From Chlamydiales bacterium (GTDB lineage Bacteria; Chlamydiota; Chlamydiia; Chlamydiales; JAAZZY01): a stretch of 64,000 nt of DNA. The position numbers and the translations under genes were made by a program. Each line of letters begins with the position of its first letter. The stretch's first letter is position 1. The notes under the pieces were generated by a model. That model was not told the origin of the DNA. It ran no database searches and worked only from the letters and a program-made list of their open reading frames with translations. The DNA lies in NCBI GenBank assembly GCA_965206695.1, contig CBDBKM010000008.1, forward strand, positions 125,330 through 189,329. Reading direction: 5' to 3'. This document shows positions 42,207-51,633 of this stretch, piece after piece.

Positions 42207-43313
42207 GTGCTTAAATCACAATCTATTCAATTCTTAGATCTCAAAAAACAATATAGAGAGTACAAACCTGCAATAGACCAAGCAATACAAAAAGTATTAG
42301 ATAGTAGCCAATATATATTAGGTCCTGAAGTTACTGAAATCGAACAAACTTTAAGTAAATTTGTTGATGTTAAACATTGTATCACGGTATCTAGTGGTAC
42401 AGATAGTTTACTTATCGCTCTTCTGGCTTTAGATCTAAAGCCGGAAGATGAAGTCATCACAACTCCTTTTACATGGATAAGCACATCTGAAGTAATTACT
42501 TTTTTAGGCGCTAAGCCTGTATTTGTGGATATAGAATTGGACACATTTAATATGGATCCGACTCTACTGGAAGCAACTATTACAGATAAAACAAAAGCGA
42601 TCATGCCTGTTAGCTTATTTGGTTTAATGGCCGAGTATACTGTCATTAATGCCATCGCTTCTAGATATAACTTACCTGTCATTGAAGACGGAGCGCAAAG
42701 TTTTGGTGCTAGCTACCGTCAAAGAAAAAGCATGAGTATGACAACTATCGGGTCTACTAGTTTTTTTCCCTCGAAGACCTTTGGTTGTTATGGAGACGGC
42801 GGAGCTTTATTTACCAATAATGATAACCTAGCAGAAAAAATGCGTGCTATCCGTGTACACGGTGGATTAAAAAAGCATCATCATAACCTATTAGGCATCA
42901 ATGGTCGCTTTGACACAATCCAAGCTGCTATTTTGCTGGCTAAGTTTCCTTTTTTTGAAAAAGAAATAGAAGGTCGAGTTCGGATAGGAAATTATTACAC
43001 TAAAAAATTGCACAAATATCTCACAACACCTATCGTTAGGAATGGTTATCAACATGTTTACGGCCAATATACTTTACGAGTATCCGAAAGAGATTTAATT
43101 ATAGAATCATTGAAAAAGAATAACATTCCACATGCAATTTATTATCCAAAATGCTTACATGAACAACCGATATTTAAATACTTGGGATATACTTATGGCT
43201 CTTTCCCGAAATCGGAACAGGCATCACAAGAAGTATTGAGTTTGCCAATGCACCCGTGGCTTACGATAAAGGAACAAGACCATATTATAGAAACCATTAT
43301 CAGTAACTTTTGA
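42207..43313 (+). CDS. DegT/DnrJ-family aminotransferase (WbpE-like)
   Basis: SSGTDSL, IEDGAQSFGA, SFFPSKTFGCYGDGG, LSLPMHP. Confidence 0.9.
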   Translation: MLKSQSIQFLDLKKQYREYKPAIDQAIQKVLDSSQYILGPEVTEIEQTLSKFVDVKHCITVSSGTDSLLIALLALDLKPEDEVITTPFTWISTSEVITFLGAKPVFVDIELDTFNMDPTLLEATITDKTKAIMPVSLFGLMAEYTVINAIASRYNLPVIEDGAQSFGASYRQRKSMSMTTIGSTSFFPSKTFGCYGDGGALFTNNDNLAEKMRAIRVHGGLKKHHHNLLGINGRFDTIQAAILLAKFPFFEKEIEGRVRIGNYYTKKLHKYLTTPIVRNGYQHVYGQYTLRVSERDLIIESLKKNNIPHAIYYPKCLHEQPIFKYLGYTYGSFPKSEQASQEVLSLPMHPWLTIKEQDHIIETIISNF

Positions 43314-43338
43314 AACATTAAAAGGATACAGTCTCTCT

Positions 43339-44376
43339 ATGACAAAAGATACAGCCAAGCCATCTCTTGCCCTGATCGGATCGGGCTATTGGGGAAAGAA
43401 CCTTGCTCGCAACTTCTACGAATTAAATGTTTTGAATACTATATGTGATTCCAATATTGAAGCTCTGGAAACGCAGAAAAAGCTTTACCCTGATTTAAAT
43501 TTTTCTACCGATGTCGATAGTCTTTTAAATAACCCTGACATTAATTGTGTTGCTATAGCTACACCTACCACGTTACATTATCCGATAGCAAAAAAAGCGC
43601 TTTTAGCAGGAAAAGATGTTTTTGTAGAAAAACCTATTTGTCTTAACTGCATCCAAGCAGAAGAACTACTTGCTATCGCAGAGTCAAGAAATCTTATTCT
43701 TATGGTCGGACACATTTTGCATTACCATCCTTGTGTCGAATATTTAAAGGACTTACTGGCTAATCGATCTCTTGGAAATCCTCTTTATATTGTTTCGAAT
43801 AGACTAAGCTTAGGCATCATGCGAACAGAAGAAAATGTTCTATGGAATTTTGCTCCTCATGATGTTTCTTTAGTGTTATCTCTTTGTAATAATCAACAAC
43901 CGGATGAAGTCCGCTGTACGGGGGAGTCTTATTTAGCTAAAGATGTGCATGACACCGCTTTAACTATTCTGCATTTCCCCGGAGGCTTAACTGCTCAAAT
44001 TCATACTAGTTGGCTATACCCCTTCAAAGAACAAAGACTAACTGTTATCGGAACTCAAGGTATGGCTGTATTTGATGATACCAAACCTTGGGATGAAAAA
44101 TTGGTTGTGTATCACGAACCGGTCAAGTGGCAGCACAACCTGCCCATTCCTAACAAATCTGTTCCCGAAAAAATTATTGTTCCAAAAGCCGAACCGCTAA
44201 GGGAAGAATGTTCTCATTTTCTTTCCTGTTGTCTAAGACGGAGTACTCCTTATACCGATGGTAGAGAAGGTTTAAGAGTCTTAAGAGTATTAGAAGCGGC
44301 TCAAACCAGTCTAAATAATAACGGTGAAATACAATTACTTGGTCAAGCACTCTCTGCAAATGCGGGCAGTTTATAA
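43339..44376 (+). CDS. Gfo/Idh/MocA oxidoreductase (WbpB/GnnA-like)
   Basis: GSGYWGKNLARN, VFVEKP, MVGH, FAPHD, EPLREEC. Confidence 0.88.
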   Translation: MTKDTAKPSLALIGSGYWGKNLARNFYELNVLNTICDSNIEALETQKKLYPDLNFSTDVDSLLNNPDINCVAIATPTTLHYPIAKKALLAGKDVFVEKPICLNCIQAEELLAIAESRNLILMVGHILHYHPCVEYLKDLLANRSLGNPLYIVSNRLSLGIMRTEENVLWNFAPHDVSLVLSLCNNQQPDEVRCTGESYLAKDVHDTALTILHFPGGLTAQIHTSWLYPFKEQRLTVIGTQGMAVFDDTKPWDEKLVVYHEPVKWQHNLPIPNKSVPEKIIVPKAEPLREECSHFLSCCLRRSTPYTDGREGLRVLRVLEAAQTSLNNNGEIQLLGQALSANAGSL

Positions 44377-44463
44377 GCAAATAGCCGGTATTCTTGATAG
44401 GGCCCGGATTTTAGAAATATATAGTGGAAATTTTTATTGCAAAAACCAAGCTTTATTCCCCGG

Positions 44464-44516
44464 GCAGTGATCGTTGAATTAGGAATCGCTTCCCTTTTGG
44501 ATTGGGAGCCGTCAAT
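44464..44516 (+). mobile_element. Orphan right end of the 49823-51487 IS605 family
   Basis: GCAGTGATCGTTGAATTAGGAATCGCTTCCC...GGGAGCCGTCAA matches the right end of the full element. Confidence 0.75.
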
Positions 44517-44912
44517 CAAGTGAAAATAACCTCCATTTCAATGCCATACAAAACAAATTGAGCTTACTACAGAATCTTCAAGCTTTTTGTGATCAATATC
44601 TTAATGGCCATGGTAATCAATCAGAAAACGATCCAAAACTTTTACAACATGTTTTTAAAGAGATTAAAAAACAAAAATTTTTAACTATTCGTATTTCTAA
44701 ATCCTTAGGTGGATGGAAATAAAAAAGCTATGCTTAAAAAAACCACTACACTTTTCCCATTTGGATCTGTCCCCACACTCTCTAGCATACGATGCAAAAA
44801 AGAGCCTTGTATGATGAAACCTTCATCTTGCAGAAGATTCTATTAAAGCAAAAAGAGTCATTAAGGATAAAAGAGAAAATCATTGTTAAAAAAAAGACAC
44901 AAAAAACCTGTC

Positions 44913-45839
44913 TTAATTTATGAGCGTCTTATTGGAAATTTGTTTTTGGAACCATTCAATGGTCAGCTTCAATCCCTCATCTAAAGAAGAAAAGATTGTA
45001 TTAGGCAGTAATGACCGCATTTTAGAGATCTCCAAACATTTCGATTTGGCCCCTACATACTTACTTGTATCAAATTCAATTTCATTAAAATCATAATCAA
45101 TTTGATGACATATTTTCTGCGCAAAAGAACGTATCGTATATTCCTTACCTGTTCCTATATTAACAATATCATTATCTAAGGTATCTGATAGCTCGATCAT
45201 TACTTTGACGAAATCATTCACTAAGACAAGTTCTCGTTTTTGATAACCGTCTCCCCATAAAGAAACAAGTTTATCAGATGTTTTTCCATTTAAAATCTTA
45301 CGAATAAGATCAAAAATAAAATGCATCTGCCGACCATCCGTATGGTAACTAGGGCCGTAGAGGGTAGAAGGAACTAAATAAAGATATTTCAGCTTATATT
45401 GTTTATTTAAGGCTAAAAGGCCGGAATATAACATTTTCTTAGTCATAGCATAAGTGAAAAGAGAATCAATGGGTAATCCTTTTAAATAATTGATTTCTTT
45501 TAACTCTTCATCAGGAGAATAGGCACAACTAGTCCCCATACAAATAAGTTTTGCTTGGGATTGGGATTCTTTAAACCACGTTAACATATTGGTATTAATC
45601 TTTTGATTAATCAACCATTGATCTCCGGGATAACGTAAACAAAAATCCCCCGCTTGGGTCCAGGCGGCTAAATGATATATTCTATCAAATTTAATTGAGT
45701 CAAATTGAGTGAGTGCTTTTGAATCTGTTAAATCACAATTCTTTGAATTAACCTGAGTTATATTATGCCCAAGTTGTTCGAGAGCTTCGGTTAAAAATTT
45801 ACCTAAAAAACCTGTAGCGCCGGTAACGAGTATTTGCAT
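44913..45839 (-). CDS. GDP-fucose synthase-like NAD(P)-dependent epimerase/reductase
   Basis: TGATGFLG, HLAA, TSCAY, YAMTK, WGDGYQKRE. Confidence 0.8.
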   Translation of the reverse strand: MQILVTGATGFLGKFLTEALEQLGHNITQVNSKNCDLTDSKALTQFDSIKFDRIYHLAAWTQAGDFCLRYPGDQWLINQKINTNMLTWFKESQSQAKLICMGTSCAYSPDEELKEINYLKGLPIDSLFTYAMTKKMLYSGLLALNKQYKLKYLYLVPSTLYGPSYHTDGRQMHFIFDLIRKILNGKTSDKLVSLWGDGYQKRELVLVNDFVKVMIELSDTLDNDIVNIGTGKEYTIRSFAQKICHQIDYDFNEIEFDTSKYVGAKSKCLEISKMRSLLPNTIFSSLDEGLKLTIEWFQKQISNKTLIN

Positions 45840-45845
45840 AGCTTA

Positions 45846-47084
45846 CTAAAACTCCTTTGGGTTAACGGGGAAGTAAAACTCTATCCCCTTATCAAGTAGG
45901 TGTTGGTTATTTGCAAGAATCTCATTTTTGAAATTCCAAGCCAAAACAAAATAAATATCAGGCAGCTGATTCAACTCTTCTTCTATCAAGATAGGAATAT
46001 GCATTCCGGGAGAATATAACCCTTTACGCAAGGTGTTTTTTTCTACCAAACAATCTAAAAAATTAGTCGAAATGCCGAAGTAATTTAGTAGGGTATTTCC
46101 TTTAACAGGAGCGCCGAAACCAAAAATTGTTTTCCCTTTTTCTTTGGCAGCCTTTAAGAGTGCTAAATTCTTTTCCTTCATTTCTTTAATCCGATCGGCA
46201 AAGTTCAAATAAGCAGAAAACTCATTACATCCGGATTGTTGTTCTTCTTCCCACAATCTCAGCAGTCGTCCGGTCGATGAACGTTTATCTTTATGACTTA
46301 CGTAAGCAATAATAGATCCTCCATGGATAGGAGAAAACCTAGCATCAAACAAAGAAAGATCGTGACGATTTAATAGCGTCTCAATTGTCTTTAAATTATA
46401 AAAAAGTAAGTGTTCATGGTAAATTTGATCAAAAGCGCAATTCTCCATGATGCTTTTCATGTAAAGGAACTGTACAACAAATACGCCGTCTTCTTTCAAA
46501 GCATGGCGAATACCTTCACATACTGAATGTAGTTCTTCTAAATGGAAAAAAACACCTGAAGCATTAATAACATCAAATTTTCGAGCTAGTCGTTTAACAA
46601 GTTCTAAATTAAAAAAGTTATTTATTGTTTCTATACCGGCTTCATTAGCCATTCGAGCAATCGTTCGTGATGACTCAACACCTAAAACATCAAACCCTAA
46701 ATTATTATAATGTTTCAGTTGAGTCCCATCATTCGATCCAATATCCAAAACATTTTTTTTCTCTTTACCGGAAAAAAATTGAGTGTCAATATCCTTAGCT
46801 ACTTCCTTAAAATGATGACTTAAAGAGGTTGTTGTACCCGATAAATACGTATGATCGGAAAACATAATCTCTTTTTTTACGGTATAATTAATTTGCGCTG
46901 TATGACAATTATGACAATAAACGACTTTCAAAGGATAAAAAGGTTCTTTACCTAATTCTTGGTTATTCAAAAAATGATTGCCCCAAGGCTGTTTACCTAA
47001 GTCTATTGCTAGCTCAAGATCGTTGGAATCACAAACTCTACACTCCACCTGAATTGCCCCTAAATTTAGAAAATTGAATGACAA
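45846..47084 (-). CDS. NDP-sugar C-methyltransferase
   Basis: Zn-binding CRVC...CHNC, DIGSNDG, FDQIYHEH, HGGS, GAPVKGNTLLN, LAWNF. Real start probably at the GTG near 47048. Confidence 0.88.
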   Translation of the reverse strand: MSFNFLNLGAIQVECRVCDSNDLELAIDLGKQPWGNHFLNNQELGKEPFYPLKVVYCHNCHTAQINYTVKKEIMFSDHTYLSGTTTSLSHHFKEVAKDIDTQFFSGKEKKNVLDIGSNDGTQLKHYNNLGFDVLGVESSRTIARMANEAGIETINNFFNLELVKRLARKFDVINASGVFFHLEELHSVCEGIRHALKEDGVFVVQFLYMKSIMENCAFDQIYHEHLLFYNLKTIETLLNRHDLSLFDARFSPIHGGSIIAYVSHKDKRSSTGRLLRLWEEEQQSGCNEFSAYLNFADRIKEMKEKNLALLKAAKEKGKTIFGFGAPVKGNTLLNYFGISTNFLDCLVEKNTLRKGLYSPGMHIPILIEEELNQLPDIYFVLAWNFKNEILANNQHLLDKGIEFYFPVNPKEF

Positions 47085-47211
47085 AAAAGATAAGATACAA
47101 CAAACTCTTGATTTTTGCTAAGATAAAATCATAGTAACAACAACAATCTCAATACCTGTTATATTATTTTATTATAACTCTTATAAATCGTAATGTTTTT
47201 CGGAAAATCAT

Positions 47212-48207
47212 ATGATTATATCCAAAACTCCCGTACGTATTAGTTTTTTTGGTGGCGGAACAGATTACCCGGACTATTATATGCATCACAAAGGTGCTGT
47301 TATGGGAACGACGATCGACAAATATATTTATTTAAGCATCAATAAACTAAGTAAGTTCTTCGATTATAAAATTCGTGTCGGATATTCTAAATCCGAATTA
47401 GCTCAAACATTAGCAGATATTGAACATCCGAGCGTAAGGGAATGTCTAAAATTCAAAAACGTCGATGGCTACCTTGATATTCATATTTTTGCTGATCTTC
47501 CTGCTAAAACCGGACTAGGATCCTCGTCAGCTTTTACTGTTGGTTTTCTTAATTCTCTTTATGCATTGGAAGGACAAAAAGTATCTAAAATGAGACTGGC
47601 AAAAGAGGCTTGTCATATTGAACAAAGCCTTATCGCTGAGAATGTCGGATCTCAAGATCAATTTCATGCAGCGTTCGGTGGACTCAATATAATTGAATTT
47701 GATTCCCAAAATATTAATGTTAGGCCTGTCATCATCTCAAATGAAAAGCTTCAATATTTCGAATCCAATATTATGATTTTTTATACCGGTATTTCCCGCT
47801 TTGCCACTGAAATTTTAAAAGAACAGGTAGAAAATACCCGGCAGGGGAAAAAGGATAGCGACCTAAAAAAATTGTATCAGATGGTCTTTCAAGCTGAAGA
47901 TATTATATCTCATGCCTCAAAAGAAGAGATGCTCAAAGAAGTCGGTAATTTAATGGATGAGGGTTGGCAATTGAAAAAACAATTATCCACTCAAGTCTCG
48001 AATACCAAAATCGATCAACTCTATGAAAAAGCAAAGTCAGCAGGAGCGTTTGGAGGGAAATTATGCGGAGCAGGAGCAGGAGGTTTTTTACTCCTTTTAG
48101 TACCGAATGAAAAGAAAGAAGATGTTCGCTCTGCTTTACCTGATTTGCTTGAAGTTGAATGTCGTTTCGATAGAACGGGAACATCTATTCTTTATTTTAG
48201 AAATTAA
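47212..48207 (+). CDS. hddA: D-glycero-D-manno-heptose 7-phosphate kinase (GHMP)
   Basis: TPVRISFFGGGTD, GLGSSSAF, GSQDQ, GGKLCGAGAGGF. Confidence 0.85.
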   Translation: MIISKTPVRISFFGGGTDYPDYYMHHKGAVMGTTIDKYIYLSINKLSKFFDYKIRVGYSKSELAQTLADIEHPSVRECLKFKNVDGYLDIHIFADLPAKTGLGSSSAFTVGFLNSLYALEGQKVSKMRLAKEACHIEQSLIAENVGSQDQFHAAFGGLNIIEFDSQNINVRPVIISNEKLQYFESNIMIFYTGISRFATEILKEQVENTRQGKKDSDLKKLYQMVFQAEDIISHASKEEMLKEVGNLMDEGWQLKKQLSTQVSNTKIDQLYEKAKSAGAFGGKLCGAGAGGFLLLLVPNEKKEDVRSALPDLLEVECRFDRTGTSILYFRN

Positions 48208-48228
48208 CTTTAAAAAAATTGTATATAT

Positions 48229-49173
48229 ATGAATCAAAATCAACATATTTTGGTAACAGGAGGAGCAGGATACATCGGTTCTATCTTAGTACCTATCCTC
48301 TTAGCTAAGAACTACCGGGTAACCGTCGTCGATAATTTGATCTACCGTCAAACCTCTTTAATCGATTGCTTTTCTTATCCTAAATTTCACTTTATTCAAG
48401 GCGATGTCAATCATACAGAACTGATGATTCCTCTTATTGAGAAGGCTGATATTATTATCCCATTAGCCGCTATTGTAGGGGCGCCTGCTTGTAAAAAAAG
48501 CCCTCTTCTAACTCAGATGACTAATTTTGATGCTATTAAGCTCATCATGAATACTCTTTCGAAAGAACAAAAAGTGATTTTTCCTACTACAAATAGTGGA
48601 TATGGCGTTGGAAAAGAAGGTGTTTATTGCACAGAAAATTCACCTTTAAAGCCGGTATCTTTATATGGAAAATTAAAGGTCCAAATCGAAGATGAGCTAT
48701 TAAATCAAAATCAAGCCACTTCTTTTCGATTAGCTACAGTATTTGGAGCTTCCCCTAGAATGCGAACAGATTTACTAGTTAACGATTTTACTTATAGGGC
48801 TTTATATGATCGCTTCGTTGTTTTATTCGAAGAACACTTCAAACGAAATTATATCCATGTCAAAGATGTTGCTTTAGCATTTGTTTTTGGTATTAAAAAT
48901 TTTGATACGATGAAAGGCCAAGCCTATAATGTCGGACTGACTTCTGCTAATTTAAGTAAGCACGAGCTTTGTGAAAAAATTAAAAGCTTTCTTCCTGATT
49001 TTTATATCCATTCTGCTCCTATCGGAGAGGATCCGGATAGGCGCAATTATATTGTCAGCAACGAAAAACTTGAATCATTAGGTTGGCAGCCACAATATAG
49101 CTTAGATGATGGTATAAAAGAATTAATCGGCGCTTATAAAATCTTAAAATTATCACAGTTTAGTAATGTTTAA
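48229..49173 (+). CDS. NAD-dependent nucleotide-sugar epimerase/dehydratase
   Basis: TGGAGYIGS, LAAIVGAPAC, YGKLK, RMRTDLLVNDF. Confidence 0.87.
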   Translation: MNQNQHILVTGGAGYIGSILVPILLAKNYRVTVVDNLIYRQTSLIDCFSYPKFHFIQGDVNHTELMIPLIEKADIIIPLAAIVGAPACKKSPLLTQMTNFDAIKLIMNTLSKEQKVIFPTTNSGYGVGKEGVYCTENSPLKPVSLYGKLKVQIEDELLNQNQATSFRLATVFGASPRMRTDLLVNDFTYRALYDRFVVLFEEHFKRNYIHVKDVALAFVFGIKNFDTMKGQAYNVGLTSANLSKHELCEKIKSFLPDFYIHSAPIGEDPDRRNYIVSNEKLESLGWQPQYSLDDGIKELIGAYKILKLSQFSNV

Positions 49174-49350
49174 CATAGGTTCAACCTCTTAGAAGTAAGT
49201 TCTGTAATATGACTGCCGATAGCTAGAAAAGCCCTTGCTCCCGGTGAGGGAGCATTCAGAATTTGAATAGTATTGGTTGCATGTATGACACCAAAGTCAT
49301 CATGCATCTTTCCTTTTTTCGTCACTAATTAAACTCGAACTCTTGCCTCG
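49170..49350 (-). pseudogene. C-terminal fragment of an LhgO-like FAD oxidoreductase
   Basis: Minus strand VRV*LVTKKGKMHDDF...IQILNAPSPGARAFLAIG resembles the LhgO NAPSPAATxSLAIG motif. Confidence 0.55.
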
Positions 49351-49354
49351 GCTT

Positions 49355-49791
49355 CGGTTAAATCGTCTAGTTCAAATAAGTTTGGAAGATTTGGATATTC
49401 CGTATAAAGAACGGAGCATTCACTTGCGCGGTTATGGTGTTATTACGGCTTGCAAGTGTGTGGTTAAAAATGGCCGCATTGATTATGCGGTTACCAATAT
49501 TGAAGAACCTAGTCGTAATGACGTTGAAAAAATCATGAAGATTTGTTGGAAAACAGAAGTTTATCATAGGGAATTGAAACAAACTTGTGGCCTTAAGCGC
49601 CGGCAGTATCGTAATGCACGAGCGCAACGAAATCATATTTTTATGTCTATTTATGCTTGGTTACACAAATTTAAGCAAAGGAGGGGAGATAAAATATCTT
49701 TTTATCAACAAGACCGGGAAATGATAAAGCCCGCTATTACTTCAAATATGAAAAATATGTTGGCCATGTGTTAACATTTACGCGCGAAACT
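49355..49791 (+). mobile_element. IS701-like 3' remnant
   Basis: IHLRGYG...YHRELKQTCG; right end CGCGCGAAACT; homologous to 8560-9154. Confidence 0.7.
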
Positions 49792-49910
49792 ATCCGCAGA
49801 TATCTCTTTTATCATATCTAACTTGACAGCTCCCAACCCTAAAGGGAAGGGATTCCTAATTCATCGACCACTGCTAACAAACAAGCTAGTCTAACATGAT
49901 CTCCAAAGGC

Positions 49911-51014
49911 TTAAATTACCGACTGCCCTGCGGTATCGAGATTAATAGATGCATTAAGATCTCTATCGTGTGTTACTTTGCAGTTTGGACACTGCCAACT
50001 TCTCACACTTAAATCTAAAATTTCTATTTGGTACCGGCAGGCAGAGCATAGTTTTGAACTAGCAAAAAATTGATCTAATTCCACTATATTTCTTCCGTAC
50101 CATTCACACTTATACTTTAAAAATGTTAAAAACCGGCTCCATCCTGCATCCGATATATGCTTGGAAAGTTTTTTATTTTTTAACATCTTATTAATATTTA
50201 ACCCTTCTATCGTGATCGTTTGGTTTTCACGAGCCAACTTTGTAGAAAGTTTATGATGAAAGTCCTGCCTTATATTTTTTATCTTCGAATGTATCGAAGC
50301 CACCGATCTTCTTTTTTTGAGTCTGTTTTTACCTTTGACTTTAGCTTTGCTAAGAGAACGTTGTTTTCTTTTTAGTCTTTTCTTATGAAATCTAAAAGGT
50401 TTAGGTGCCGTAATCTTTTTCCCTGTAGAAAGAGTTGCGAATGTCGTTAATCCTAAATCTATACCGACAGAATTATTTCTCTTCTCAAAAGGGATCACTT
50501 CTTCTTCTACTAATACGCTCACAAAATACCTGTCACAAGAGTCTTTTGTGATTGTTATACCTGTTGGTGTACCTAAAAAACACCTTGACCAATGTATTTT
50601 TAATCTGTCTTTAGATTTTGCAATCTTAAGATTAACCCCATCCCAACTAAATGCTGACTTAGTTAATCGTATTGCCTGCGTACTGTGTTTGTTTTTAAAG
50701 CGAGGGAAATTTGACCTTTTTTTAAAAAAGTTTAAAAAAGCTCTATCAAGATCTCTAAGACTTTGTTGCAGACAAACAGAAGAAACTTCGTTTAACCAAC
50801 GAAACTCTTTGTTTTGCTTAAGACTTGTCAAGAATGCCGATGTTTTAGAATAACTTACATTCTCTTTGTATTCCTGATATTTCTTGATCTTAAAATTTAA
50901 AGCTTGATTATATACAACTCTAGAACATCCAAAGCTTTTTGCAAGCAACTCCTTTTGTTTTTTCGTTGGATAGAATCTAAATTTATATGCTTTTTTGATC
51001 ATCATGTATTGCAT
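49911..51014 (-). CDS. tnpB: TnpB RNA-guided endonuclease
   Basis: KAYKFRFYPT, GIDLG, IEGL, CSAC/CPNC, HDRDLNAS. Confidence 0.92.
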   Translation of the reverse strand: MQYMMIKKAYKFRFYPTKKQKELLAKSFGCSRVVYNQALNFKIKKYQEYKENVSYSKTSAFLTSLKQNKEFRWLNEVSSVCLQQSLRDLDRAFLNFFKKRSNFPRFKNKHSTQAIRLTKSAFSWDGVNLKIAKSKDRLKIHWSRCFLGTPTGITITKDSCDRYFVSVLVEEEVIPFEKRNNSVGIDLGLTTFATLSTGKKITAPKPFRFHKKRLKRKQRSLSKAKVKGKNRLKKRRSVASIHSKIKNIRQDFHHKLSTKLARENQTITIEGLNINKMLKNKKLSKHISDAGWSRFLTFLKYKCEWYGRNIVELDQFFASSKLCSACRYQIEILDLSVRSWQCPNCKVTHDRDLNASINLDTAGQSVI

Positions 51015-51034
51015 TATATGTCCGGTACATATAT

Positions 51035-51439
51035 ATTGTCTATCCGGAAAGACGGAAAACCTCTAAAACAGCAGTTTTTAACCTTAGTTACCATGTTATT
51101 TGGTGTCCTAAATATAGGAGAAAGGTTCTTGAAGGTGATATTGTTGTTCGTTTAAAGGAATTATTAGAATTAAAAGCTCTACAACTAAATATAGAGATTC
51201 ACGAACTGAATATTATGCCTGATCACGTACATATTTTTTTAAATACCAAGCCTATATATTCGCCACAATTTTTCATAGGACAACTTAAGGGATATACAAG
51301 CCGAATATTAAGGCAAGAATTTTCAAGCTTAAGATCTAGGTTACCCACACTGTGGACACGGTCTTATTATGTTGATAGTGTTGGAAAATTAAATGAATAT
51401 ACAATCAGAAAGTATATACGGAATCAAAAAAACAAATAG
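51035..51439 (+). CDS. tnpA: IS200-family Y1 transposase; canonical start not evident
   Basis: Open frame upstream of the tracked ORF gives YHVIWCPKYRRKVL; HUH motif DHVH; LWTRSYY; catalytic KYIRNQ. Confidence 0.8.
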   Translation: MVYPERRKTSKTAVFNLSYHVIWCPKYRRKVLEGDIVVRLKELLELKALQLNIEIHELNIMPDHVHIFLNTKPIYSPQFFIGQLKGYTSRILRQEFSSLRSRLPTLWTRSYYVDSVGKLNEYTIRKYIRNQKNK

Positions 51440-51633
51440 ACACTTTCATCCCACCCTTAAAAAGGTGGGTTTTCTCGTTTAATTGTCATAACATTTCATT
51501 GATTTGCTTAAAATTATGATCTACAAAATAATAGCCCATAAAATATTTAAAAAATCCGTGGTTGTACCTGATTTCAAGAATGGCTATTAAAAATGGTTGA
51601 TTATTATAAACTACTTATATAAATAGCTTTATC

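Larger units (their letters stand above)
49823..51487 (-). mobile_element. IS200/IS605 element with divergent tnpA and tnpB
   Basis: Right-end hairpin CCCTTTAGGG and terminal TCAA at 49823; left-end hairpin CCCACC-CTTAAAAA-GGTGGG; TTAT immediately 5' of the left end. Confidence 0.85.

Noticed and set aside
44520..44900. Possible degraded gene between the IS end and the epimerase
   Set aside because: Fragmented frames with no motif I can identify
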